A DNA stretch of 63,345 nucleotides, the filler included, from Welwitschia mirabilis (lineage: Eukaryota): assembly GCA_051453625.1 (NCBI GenBank). It is 4 parts of one record of this genome, joined end to end, with 100 filler letters (N's around TTAATTAATTAA, not from the genome) between each part and the next. Parts side by side here need not be neighbours in the genome. Positions count along the whole stretch, not along the records: positions 1 to 8,832 come from JBOZIK010000001.1; positions 8,933 to 25,306 come from JBOZIK010000001.1; 2 more parts are not named here. One strand, written 5' to 3'. Within the stretch, counting starts at the first letter, position 1. Each line of letters opens with the position of its first letter. Position numbers and translations under genes: made by a program. The notes below the pieces were generated by a model, which did no database searches, was not told the origin of the DNA, and saw only the letters and a list, made by a program, of their open reading frames with translations. Shown in pieces: positions 1-12,427 of the stretch.

Positions 1-3000
1 TTAAATTGGAAACTTTCAACATAGCCATTTAAAATGCACTTTTTCTGAAAGATAATAACCTAATTATTGAGAAGTTCAACTATTTGTGTAAAAAGTACAC
101 TCAGGTATTAGACGTTTTAGAAAAATAAGGGCCAAACCAAATAGAAACAAATTGATGAAATATAAAGTGTATGTAATCATTTTGGAGTAAAATTAATTGA
201 AGATAAAAAAAGTAAAATGATAAAACTTTAATGGCACAATGTTCAAAATTGAAATAAGGGATAAAGAAGTGATAGTTTCCATTGACAAATANNNNNNNNN
301 NNNNNNNNNNNNNNNNNNNNNNNNNNNNNNNNNNNNNNNNNNNNNNNNNNNNNNNNNNNNNNNNNNNNNNNNNNNNNNNNNNNNNNNNNNNNNNNNNNNN
401 NNNNNNNNNNNNNNNNNNNNNNNNNNNNNNNNNNNNNNNNNNNNNNNNNNNNNNNNNNNNNNNNNNNNNNNNNNNNNNNNNNNNNNNNNNNNNNNNNNNN
501 NNNNNNNNNNNNNNNNNNNNNNNNNNNNNNNNNNNNNNNNNNNNNNNNNNNNNNNNNNNNNNNNNNNNNNNNNNNNNNNNNNNNNNNNNNNNNNNNNNNN
601 NNNNNNNNNNNNNNNNNNNNNNNNNNNNNNNNNNNNNNNNNNNNNNNNNNNNNNNNNNNNNNNNNNNNNNNNNNNNNNNNNNNNNNNNNNNNNNNNNNNN
701 NNNNNNNNNNNNNNNNNNNNNNNNNNNNNNNNNNNNNNNNNNNNNNNNNNNNNNNNNNNNNNNNNNNNNNNNNNNNNNNNNNNNNNNNNNNNNNNNNNNN
801 NNNNNNNNNNNNNNNNNNNNNNNNNNNNNNNNNNNNNNNNNNNNNNNATTAGATTCAAGAAATCTTTAAGGGCTTTTAAGAATGTTTCATAAGATGAAAA
901 AGCTCCTTAATATTTAAATAAAAGCATGGATTATCATCAAGAAGGTAAGGCTTACTCCAATGTAATATTCTAAGTCAAACTTTTGAAAAGAATAACTATT
1001 AAGAGCATAAGGTATAGTGGACTTGGTAGATAAGAAATGAAGGTGACTTTTAGAATCACATGAATGTTTAAAAGGAAGAGATTGAGAGATAAAAAAAATA
1101 GACTCTNNNNNNNNNNNNNNNNNNNNNNNNNNNNNNNNNNNNNNNNNNNNNNNNNNNNNNNNNNNNNNNNNNNNNNNNNNNNNNNNNNNNNNNNNNNNNN
1201 NNNNNNNNNNNNNNNNNNNNGTAAAGATGGAAATAGAAGTGAAAGGGGGAGTTGAGGGAAGGATGTAATTTGAAATTTAACATGAAGGCATAGATGGAAA
1301 GAATGTAGAAATATGGGTAAAATGAATAAGCCAATTCTCTAAGAAGTTGGAATAAATCTGTATGAGTTCTTCATTGCTTTTAATTTCTTCACTAATATCC
1401 ATGTAATTATGTGGTTGGATTGTACTTTCAACATCATTGGTTGTGACTATACCTTCCTTCTCTTATTGAAGATTACTTTCATTCTCTAAATGATTGGATT
1501 TATCAAAAAAATTATCAAGAGAAATAAGAGTATTATATTCATCATTGGTTAAAAGGTNNNNNNNNNNNNNNNNNNNNNNNNNNNNNNNNNNNNNNNNNNN
1601 NNNNNNNNNNNNNNNNNNNNNNNNNNNNNNNNNNNNNNNNNNNNNNNNNNNNNNNNNAAAAATTATCAAAGAAATAAGAGTATTATATTCATCATTGGTT
1701 AAAAGTTTTTTAGTTTTTTCATGATTAGATTCCTTATCTTGATTGTCTAATAGTAAACAAATGATAGGGATATAACCTAATATCTCAATATCATTATCTA
1801 ATGAATGGTCATCTTCCTCCCAATTGTTGAAATATTGAGTTGCATTATTATTGTCTCCCTTTTTCTTATCTCCCAATGAGTAGAATGTTGAANNNNNNNN
1901 NNNNNNNNNNNNNNNNNNNNNNNNNNNNNNNNNNNNNNNNNNNNNNNNNNNNNNNNNNNNNNNNNNNNNNNNNNNNNNNNNNNNNNNNNNNNNNNNNNNN
2001 NNNNNNNNNNNNNNNNNNNNNNNNNNNNNNNNNNNNNNNNNNNNNNNNNNNNNNNNNNNNNNNNNNNNNNNNNNNNNNNNNNNNNNNNNNNNNTCACCAA
2101 TAATTTCTCTTAATGGATCTTTTTCTTCTTCATAGTAATTGATGGAAGATGATTCTTATTGATAGTAATGCATGGAAGATGATTGGGATTAAAAAAGATG
2201 ATTATAAGAAGTTTGTCTAAATGAGATGGAATTCCTAAAATATAGTAAATCTTTATCATTATATGGATATGAGGTTTCAAAAGAAGAGGGAAAAGAATAG
2301 GTAGGTTAAAAAGAAGAAGGGATCTAATTCCTATTTTCAACATGATTTTGTAATGGTCTTTCTCTTTNNNNNNNNNNNNNNNNNNNNNNNNNNNNNNNNN
2401 NNNNNNNNNNNNNNNNNNNNNNNNNNNNNNNNNNNNNNNNNNNNNNNNNNNNNNNNNNNNNNNNNNNTTATAATAAGTTTGTCTAAATGAGGTGAAATCC
2501 CTAAAATATGGTGAATCTTTATCATTATATGGATATGAGGTTTTAAAAGAAGAGGAAAAAGAATAGGTAGGTTAAAAAGAAGAAGGGATCCAATTCCTAT
2601 TTTCAACATGATTTTGTAATTGTCTCCCTCTTTCAGTAAAGATTTCTCAAAGTTTTTTCTTACCAATGTCTTCATCATTTTGTAAATTTCTTCTCCTTTT
2701 AGAAAGANNNNNNNNAATAGTTTTTCTATTATAAATCATTAAAGAAAACGAGAAGAATGAAATAAGAAGTTTTAGATTCAAGATAATAAGAAAGATAGGT
2801 ACATAGTGAAGATTAAGGTTTCCTCTCTTGGATGATTCATCATTTTTTAAAAAAATGCTATTTCTTAACACTCAAAAGATGTAAGACCATTATTGCTAAT
2901 TGAGTACAAAGATAAATGAAAATTTAATTCTAAAATAGGAAAAAAAAAGNNNNNNNNNNNNNNNNNNNNNNNNNNNNNNNNNNNNNNNNNNNNNNNNNNN

Positions 3001-4980
3001 NNNNNNNNNNNNNNNNNNNNNNNNNNNNNNNNNNNNNNNNNNNNNNNNNTTAACACTCAAAAGATGCAAAACCATTATTGCTAATTGAGTACAAAGATAA
3101 ATGAAAATTTAATTCTAAAATAGAAAAAAAAAGAAATTCTAAAATTTACATACCTATGTTATGCATACCTAGATTTTTATTTGAAGCTGAATAATTCTTG
3201 ATGTTTCTATTAATCCAGTTCCTTGCTAACTGATATTTTGTCTTTCTCCCAGAATTCCTTGTATTCTTACATGCACAAATAGTAAATAAAAACTAGAATT
3301 AAATGTAATGAACTATCGTTCACCTGGTCATGAGGATGACAGAGAGGATGGTGAACGACGATCACAAAAAGACTAAACTCAAAAAACTGTAAACTCTAAA
3401 GACCATAAAAAGAAAGATTACAAAAACTAGATTATCATCCCTACTATCATGGGAATGACAAATAAGATGACAATACTTTATTACTAAACTACGAATAAAA
3501 GAAAAATTGTAAAAATAAAAACTAAATTCAAAATTTTAGAACTATCATGACTTATGTCATCTAGACGATAGAGAGAATGACAGGGTCCCTAAAAGTTATA
3601 GAAGAAAAAATTTTCCAAAAATAAATCTACCTTAAATTACACTAGAAATATAGCATTAATTCAAATAAATAACATGAACAAAAATATTCAAGGTACNNNN
3701 NNNNNNNNNNNNNNNNNNNNNNNNNNNNNNNNNNNNNNNNNNNNNNNNNNNNNNNNNNNNNNNNNNNNNNNNNNNNNNNNNNNNNNNNNNNNNNNNGAGG
3801 ATGACAGAGAGGATGGTGAACGACAATCACAAAAAGACTAAACTCAAAAAACTGCAAACTCTAAAGACCATAAAAAGAAAGATTACAAAAACTAGATTAT
3901 CATCCCTACTATCATGGGAATGACAAACAAGATGACAATAATTTATTACTAAACTGTGAATAAAAATAAAAATTGTAAAAATAGAAACTAAATTCAAAAT
4001 TTTAGAACTATCATGACTTATGTTATCTGGACGATAGAGAGAATGACAGGGTCCCTAAAAGTTATAGAAGACAAAATTTTCCAAAAATAAATCTACCTTA
4101 AATTGTACTAGAAATATAGCATTAATTCAAATAAATAACATGAACAAAAATATTCAAGGTACTTATTTGATTAATGATAATAATCTTAGCTCCTTGCAGC
4201 CTTTCCTAGTAATGGTGCCAAAATATTGTGGTGCAAATTTTTGNNNNNNNNNNCTTTAGATAAATCTATAAATCAAATAACTTATAGATAAACACACACT
4301 AGTATAGATGGGATTTTACCTAAATGTTGTAATCCCAATGAAGCCACTAGGCTTAGAGTTAGAGAATTGATTTTCAAATATAGTTTTTGGTCTTTTATCT
4401 TTTACTAACTGGAAGTAAATAATAAAGTAAATGAAATGCAAGTGAATGAAGATAAAATGAAAGTGCATGGAAGTGGAATTAATATAGATTCACTTGGCTC
4501 CTAATCCTTCTATCACAAGGACTAACTTCTAGCCTTTCTATCATAAAGACTATTTTTTCTATAATTCATATTAATCAAGAAGAGTATCTACTAATTCTTA
4601 ATCAACATAAACTATTAGATCTATCAAGTAGCATATGCAATATACAATATGAATGAAATAGAAATGTGATGAAAACCTACTAACCAAGGTTAACCTTAAC
4701 AAAGGTTGTCCTCATGATCTAAATAAATCCAAACTCATCGATAACTAAGATCAACTTAAATCATAAGGAACATTCACAGAATTAGAGTGAAAAGAGTAAT
4801 TGTATTAATCAAAAGAACTTTACATCCACTTATAATAGAATAATAATAACTCAATAGAAGAGACACAACCTAACACTAAGAAAAACCCATTTCTGTAGCT
4901 ATTGAATGGACCTTCTACCTTTAAGCTTCCATCACAAGCATATCAAGTACAAAAGATGGTTTGAAAGTAAAGGAGGAAAG
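1..4980 (-). mobile_element. Athila-like Ty3/gypsy element, 5' part (partial 5' LTR 4224-4980, PBS, 5' UTR, decayed internal region)
   Basis: The minus-strand PBS TGGCACCATTACTAGGAA (4203-4220) abuts an LTR end. The LTR segment resembles 5631-6991, 9870-11091 and 44148-45100, and the 5' UTR (3130-4200) resembles 9290-9830 and 43430-44120. Assigning 1-2900 to this element is an inference. Confidence 0.7.
4203..4220 (-). promoter_or_regulatory. Primer-binding site, tRNA-Asp type (Athila-like)
   Basis: TGGCACCATTACTAGGAA is a decayed form of the Athila PBS TGGCGCCGTTGCCGGGGA and lies 3 nt from the LTR end. Confidence 0.75.
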
Positions 4981-5630
4981 NNNNNNNNNNNNNNNNNNNN
5001 NNNNNNNNNNNNNNNNNNNNNNNNNNNNNNNNNNNNNNNNNNNNNNNNNNNNNNNNNNNNNNNNNNNNNNNNNNNNNNNNNNNNNNNNNNNNNNNNNNNN
5101 NNNNNNNNNNNNNNNNNNNNNNNNNNNNNNNNNNNNNNNNNNNNNNNNNNNNNNNNNNNNNNNNNNNNNNNNNNNNNNNNNNNNNNNNNNNNNNNNNNNN
5201 NNNNNNNNNNNNNNNNNNNNNNNNNNNNNNNNNNNNNNNNNNNNNNNNNNNNNNNNNNNNNNNNNNNNNNNNNNNNNNNNNNNNNNNNNNNNNNNNNNNN
5301 NNNNNNNNNNNNNNNNNNNNNNNNNNNNNNNNNNNNNNNNNNNNNNNNNNNNNNNNNNNNNNNNNNNNNNNNNNNNNNNNNNNNNNNNNNNNNNNNNNNN
5401 NNNNNNNNNNNNNNNNNNNNNNNNNNNNNNNNNNNNNNNNNNNNNNNNNNNNNNNNNNNNNNNNNNNNNNNNNNNNNNNNNNNNNNNNNNNNNNNNNNNN
5501 NNNNNNNNNNNNNNNNNNNNNNNNNNNNNNNNNNNNNNNNNNNNNNNNNNNNNNNNNNNNNNNNNNNNNNNNNNNNNNNNNNNNNNNNNNNNNNNNNNNN
5601 NNNNNNNNNNNNNNNNNNNNNNNNNNNNNN

Positions 5631-8600
5631 TAAATCACAATACTTACAGAAAAACACACTAGTATAGACAAAAGTCAACTTAAATGTTATAATCCATTGA
5701 AGGCACTAGGCTATAACTTAGAAAATTAATTTCACAAATTATTTGAGTCTTTTATATTCTAGTAAATGAAAAATAAACAACAATATAAATACAATTCAAG
5801 ATAAAGTATGGTGAAATGCAATGGATGAAATACAAATAAGATGAGTTCTATTTAGATTCCAATCCTTCNNNNNNNNNNNNNNNNNNNNNNNNNNNNNNNN
5901 NNNNNNNNNNNNNNNNNNNNNNNNNNNNNNNNNNNNNNNNNNNNNNNNNNNNNNNNNNNNNNNNNNNNAATGGATGAAATACAAATAAGATGAGTTCTAT
6001 TTAGATTCCAATCCTTCTATCATAAGAATGAGTTCTAATAATTTAGATCAATTAGAAAGAGTTTATCACTTATTTCTAACTAACATAAACTATAAGATAT
6101 GTCAAACAAAATATGGATAATGCAAATATGGAAATGGAATGAAATAGAATGCAATGCAAAATCTAAACTAATAAAGTGAATCTTAATAAAAGTTACTCTT
6201 ATGATCTAAATAAACTTATAGAGTTATCATCAAATCATAATCAACTTAAACCATAAGAGACATTTACATAATAGAAGTGAAAAATGTAATTAAATTAATC
6301 ATCAAATTTACATCCACTTATAATAAAATAGTAACATATTAATGGAGGATACTCAGCCCAACACCAAGAAAAACTTCTCTTTGTAGCCATTGAATGAAAA
6401 TATTATCCTTTAATCTTTCATCACGAGAATATTCAGTACAAAATATGGAAATAAAAGTGAAAAAAAGGAAGGGTATTTATAAATTTACATTGAAGTTCTA
6501 GAAGCTCAGCCCTAAAAGTTGAAGAAAAAACCCTAGAAATGCATATGGATCACCTAACCCCATTACAAAAATAAGTATTTTCATCTATACAAAAATATGT
6601 TTCATCCTCAGTTTCATGAAGATGATAATGGGGATGATACTCCACCGTAAAAGGTCATCCATTAGATTTAGGCTCTGTAATCAACTCCTTAGATTTGATC
6701 CATATTAATAGTGTTATCATCCTATTTGTCATTGGAATGACAATGGGAATGACAGGCCTCTTCATCTTCTAGCTCAAAGGGAAATTAGTATTCTACATGG
6801 TTAATCTTTCCTTTAAGGCATGAAGTATTAAAATAAACCTAAGATACCTCCAAATATGCTAAGAATTACATGTTTCATTGAACATCCTATTGATTTTCTA
6901 TAATCATCAGAATTACATCCAAACATGTATAAATGTCCTGCAAAAATACTCAAAATACATCATCAAATTCCTACAAATTGGCATTGCAAAATAGCCTCTT
7001 ACTTAGCCTTGTTAGTCCCTAACAAAGTGGGCAATCAACTATATTTCAAGTCAATTTGACTAAGATAACAGAAAGTAGAAAAATATAATTTTTAGATCAA
7101 TTTTTACCATGTAGGAATAGACATCAAGAACCAATTAACTGATATAAATACTGACATATTCATAAGAACTCTACTTAAACACATTACAATAGAATAAATG
7201 AATGTCATACACACCAAAAAATCATAAAAGGTAATAATGATAGCTTAGAAAATGATAATTTATATGCATAATTTGAGATAGAAATACTAAACCTAATGTG
7301 TAAAACTAAGTAGTGATAACTCAAAATGATGCATACAACTTCATTAATGTATTCCACAAGGGGTGAAGTACAAAAAGTAATCATAACATTCTTTCCCTTG
7401 TTTATGATGTTTTGAGTATTATGAAAGATAACTGCAAGAAAACTTTGTAAGTGTGCTACTATGCTCATGTTAGATAATGTCTATAAAATTTTATTCAAGT
7501 AACATGAAATCATATCCAAATAACACATCATAAATATATATCATGAAAGTTCAAAAATGATCTTTTTTTCAATATCTTTCAAGAATATTAAGAAGATGTC
7601 CTAAGCCTCTAACAGATAAAGCAAGACATCTTATATTGCAACAAAGTAAAAAGGATGATTGTTATCCTATCTATCATGGAAACCATAGACATGGAATAAC
7701 ACTAATCAAATGAGATATTAGAAAGATATGAAAAATAAAAAATAAAATTCTGAAAGTAGCCAAGCATTATAAAAGTAGTAAAAAATTAGAAAAAAGTTAA
7801 AAAAGTGAAGAATTATCCTAAAAAACATGACCATGATGAAAAGAGGCCTATGGAAAAAGGGTGTTAAAGAGAAAAGAATGAGATCATAATAATGCGCTAA
7901 GTAGAAGGAAGAAATGCTCAGAAGAACTTCTCAAATGTTCCTAAACGTAATAAGCATGAAAAAAGGAAGAAACTGAAACTTAAAAGAGAAAGTACCATCG
8001 TCACCTATCAAAATATAAAGAACAACCCTCATGGATAGAAACTATGAGTAAAATCAACAAGAAAAGACTAAATGATTAGATCCATAATATCATTTTAAAA
8101 AAGTTTAAAAATGACTTTGAAAAATCCCCCAAAACAGCTAAAGGGAAAAAAAAAGAAAATGGACAACTAAGAACATAAAGAATATTGTGTAATTACCCTA
8201 AATTCTAACCCAAAAAATTCCCTTAGTAAAAATCATAAAGTTACTTGATGAAAAATGCATGATAGTATGTAAAAACGCATAAAGTACCACTCAAATAGGC
8301 AATTATTATGATAAGGTGAAGTATGTTTAATGTTATCAAATAATAAATGATAAGATAAAAAGGTGTTAAAACATAAACTTATGAGCTCATATATTAAAAC
8401 AAAACTAGAATCCAAGAAAGTAAAATGATCTTGTGAAAGTACTATATGCAAAAAGGAGTCTAGAAAACAAGTGATGCATCTATTTATACTAGGAACATCA
8501 CTAATCTAGTAGCCTCTAAGTAAAATTTATTCTATCATAATAAGAGGAGTGCAACCACTATTAGAGGAGTAAGGGCCCATACAACATGGCCAACTGACCC

Positions 8601-11091
8601 CCTAGTAGAGTTCCCATAGCTATTATATCATACTACCAAAGGCCCCTCTCAAGAAAATTTACCCTAATGCACTTGCGATAGGACATCATGGTGACCATGA
8701 TTTTATCTTAGATAAAAAAGATCATAGTCTTTATTTTATTTCTTTTCTTTTCTTTTCTTTTCTTTCCTTTTCTTTTCTTCTCTTCTTCTTCTTCTTCTTC
8801 TTCTTCTTCTTCTTCTTTTGTTTTGTTTTTTTNNNNNNNNNNNNNNNNNNNNNNNNNNNNNNNNNNNNNNNNNNNNTTAATTAATTAANNNNNNNNNNNN
8901 NNNNNNNNNNNNNNNNNNNNNNNNNNNNNNNNAAGGTAAGTACAAGTTATTTAATATTAGCTAGATGTTAGAAATGGTCTTCCTTAGGTTCCCCTAAAAA
9001 TGTTGGATAGGCACTTAAGTTTCTTAATTCTATGTCATCACCAATAGGTAAGTTGTAAGGATTTTGGATTTTTTATTTTCTATTAGCAATTAAATCTTTA
9101 AGTGTAACATTTGGATTTGAATTTAATGTTCTTGTCATGATTGATGTATTAAATAAAGCAACTTATTTTTGTTTTTATAAGGATTTTGACATAGATGAAA
9201 AAGAAATGACATGATATACTTCTATGCTATTATTTTCATAGTTTTCTTTTGTGAAATTTAACTTTAAAATAATAAAAATCCTCTTCTTCAGTTCTTAGAA
9301 TTTGTGTACCTGGAATATGTGTACCTAGATTTTGCTCGAAGTTGAATAACCCTCCTCTGATATTTTCTTTAATCAAGTTCCACTCTTTCTTTAATATTTT
9401 ATCTTTGTACCAGAATTCACCATGTCCCTACATACTTCAGATAATAAATAAAAACCAACATAAAAATAACTAACAATCATTCGCTTGGTCATGGAAATGA
9501 TAAGAAAAAAGATGATCAAAATAATAGAAAATTAAAACTAGAAGAAATTATCATAACTAAACAAATAGACTGTCATCTGGCCTATCATGGGGATAATAAT
9601 GAAGATGATAATGTTCTTATTAGTGCTATTTGATAAAAAGAAAATTTATAAAAATAAAAAATAAACTCAAAAATCTATAACTATCATTTCTATTGTCATG
9701 AAAATGATAGGAATAACAACAGTGAATTTTTTAACTATAAAAAATAAAATTTTCCAAAATAAACCTACTAAACTACAAATAAAAATATAGCACTATTTTG
9801 AATAGATAACTTGAGATAAAATTTGAGGTANNNNNNNNNNNNNNNNNNNNNNNNNNNNNNNNNNNNNNAATTTATGAAATCTTTAATTCCTTAGGTAAAA
9901 CCTCTAAATCACAATACTTACAGAAAACACACACTAGTAGAGATGGAAATTAACCTAAATGTCATAATCCATTAAAGGCACTAGGCTAAAAGTTAGAGAA
10001 TTAATTTCATAATGTATTTTAGTCTTTTATACTTTAGTAAATGGAAAATAAATAATAATGAAAATACAATAGAAGATAAATGATGGTGAAATAAAATGGA
10101 TGAAATGCAAGTGAGATGAGTTCTATTTAGATTCTAATCCTCCTATCACAAGAATGAGTTATTATAATTTAGATCAATTAGGAAGAGTCTATCACTTATT
10201 CCTAATCAACATAAACTATAAGATATGTCAAACAAGATATGAATAATGCAAATATGGAAATAGAATAAAATATAATGTAATGCAAAATCTAAACTAATAA
10301 AGTTAACCTTAACAAAGGTTACACTTATGATCTAAATAAACTTATGGAGATGTCACCAAATCACAATCAACTTAAACCATAAGGGAAATTTACATAATAG
10401 GAGTGAATAGAGTAATTGAATTAATCATTAATTTACATCCACTTACAACAAAGTAGCAGCACACCAATAGAGGATACTCAGCCCAATACCAAGGTAAACT
10501 TCTCTCTGTAGCTATTGGATGAACCTCTTATCCTTTAATCTTTCATCATAAGAATAGTCGGTACAAAAGGTGAAAATGGAAGTGAAGGAAATGAAGGGTA
10601 TTTATATTTTTACATTTAAGTTCTGGAAGATCAATCTTGAAAGTTAAAGAAGAAAGTCTAGTAATCTATATGGGTTACATGACTCTAATATAAAGATAAG
10701 TTTTTCTATCCATACGAAAATAGGTGTTGTCCTCAATGTTATGGGAATGATACTTCATGGCAAAAGGTCATCCCTTAGTTTCAGGTCCCTCAGATCCAAT
10801 CCATATCAGTAGTGTTATTGTCCTGTCTATCATGAATATGACAATGAAGACAATAAGCCTTTTTATCTTTTAACTAAAAGGGAAATTAGTCTTCTACATG
10901 GTTAAGCTTTCCTTTAAGGCATGAAGTATCAAAATAAGCCTGAGATGCCTCCAAATATGTTAAGAATTGAATGTTTTAATGAACATCCTGTTGATTCTCC
11001 ATAATCATAAAAATTGCATCTAGACCTATATAAATGTCCTACAAAAGTACTCAAATACACCATTAAATTCCTACAAATTGGCATATTAACA
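5631..11091 (-). mobile_element. Athila-like element with both LTRs (3' LTR ~5631-6991, 5' LTR ~9870-11091); most of the coding interior is absent at the scaffold join 8833-8932
   Basis: The two LTRs align along their length (e.g. TAAATCACAATACTTACAGAAAA at 5631 and 9906). A PPT-like GGACTAACAAGGCTAAGTAAGAGG precedes the LTR at ~6995-7020. A gag-start remnant (NLPIGDDIELRNL-like) lies at ~8950-9300. The pairing spans a contig join, so it is inferred. Confidence 0.7.
8740..8818. repeat. Compound microsatellite (TTTTC)n followed by (CTT)n
   Basis: Directly visible; runs toward a gap. Confidence 0.9.
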
Positions 11092-12350
11092 CAATGCTAA
11101 ATTATATATTTTTGATGGGGTATTTTGAGTACTTTTGTAGGACATTTAAATAAGTTTAAGTGGATTTCAATGATTATTGAGAGTAAAGGATAAAATCATG
11201 CAAATGTACAATCACTAGCACATTTAAAGGTATTTTGGATGATTTTTGATGCTTTACATTCTATGGAGAATTTAATTATCTATAAAGTTAATTTGACTTA
11301 ATTAAAAAGCTTTAGAAGACTATGGTCTCCTTCATTATCTTGACTATAATATGGATGATAACACTTGTACACTGAAAATAATGTTGAATAGACTAAAGAT
11401 AAAAGCTGTTGTGGGACCTTTTTTAATATAGCATTATCCTTAGTATCATCTAAATAATAGTTAAATTAATACCTAATTTTAGTTAATGCACTAAACTTTA
11501 CTTAACTTTTGTAATGTATCATGTGCTTTCTGCATGTTGTTAGGGTTTTTGTTATGTCTATTAGATTTGCTATTTTTAGAGTGTTTCATTGTAATAAATA
11601 TCTCCTTCAACATTTCTCTAACTTTTATCTTCTTTGACACCTAAAAATCGCATGATAGGAGATCAAAGGGTAGAGGTCCATCCATTGTTACAAGAAGGGA
11701 TCTTCCTTAATGTTGGGATATGTCTCCTTCATTGAGGTGCTATTGCTTTGTAACAGTAATTTTGATTCGAGAATAATAAAATAATTTTATTTTATTTATA
11801 TACATCTCCATTATATTTTATATTGGTTATGATTTAGTGATAGCTTTGTAGTTAATATAGATCATCAATGGAAACCTTTATTAAGGTTGGAATTATTAGT
11901 CTAGGATTTGCATTACATTTTATTTTGCATTTCATAATTTAATGATTAAATGTTTTTTATATTTTCTTAAATGTCCCTAATATCTTATGTTGGTTAGGAT
12001 TAGTAATAATTTCTTTGATTGATCTAGGTTATATAGGGCTTATCTTTATGACAGAATATTTGGTAGTTTGATAGATATTTCATTTAGAATAGTTACATTT
12101 GTATTTCAATACATTAATATGTTTACTTTGCATTTTTTCTTTCATCTTTCTTTCTTTTCATTTGAACCTAAATGGAAAATACTAAAAATACTTCACTAAA
12201 ATTAATTCTCTAATTTTGAGCCTAGTGCTTTCAATGGATTAGGATATTTGGGTTAACTTCCATCTATACTAGTATGCGTGTTGTGCAAATATTTGTGATT
12301 GCTAAGATTTGCTTAAGGATGTAACAAATGCATAAATACACATCATAATA
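11092..12350 (+). mobile_element. Athila-family LTR in + orientation (probable solo LTR), lacking its first ~5 bp
   Basis: Begins CAATGCTAAATT...GGGGTATTTTGAGTACTTTTGTAGGACATTT, the reverse complement of the LTR ends at 6991, 11091, 38212 and 58504. Ends ...CCTAGTGCTTTCAATGGATT...CATCTATACTAGT...AAATACACATCATAATA. No PBS follows. Confidence 0.8.
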
Positions 12351-12427
12351 AAGAAACATCATGTATTGAGGAAAGAACAGAACAATGAATTTGATGAAAT
12401 ACATCACAATTTCATATAGATAATTTA

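Noticed and set aside
193..892. Long ORFs in the supplied track composed mostly of X (here and at 4.9, 14.3, 35, 36.7, 42, 45.3, 48.3, 53.9 and 57.2 kb)
   Set aside because: They are open only because they run through N gaps.
3337..4162. Near-identical direct repeats on either side of gaps, mostly ~100 N (also ~1507-1705, 2200-2630, 2867-3133, 5819-6018, 16141-16302, 32720-33575, 36630-37250, 38618-38820, 41210-42011, 42944-43175, 43666-43860)
   Set aside because: They always straddle a gap and differ by only a few substitutions. They are most simply unmerged or allelic contig overlaps, not real tandem duplications.
8877..8888. Palindromic TTAATTAATTAA islands inside N runs (also 25351-25362 and 32567-32578)
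   Set aside because: Each is flanked by 44 N on both sides (100 bp in total) and has stops in all six frames. This is an artificial contig-join linker, so adjacency across these points is not guaranteed.
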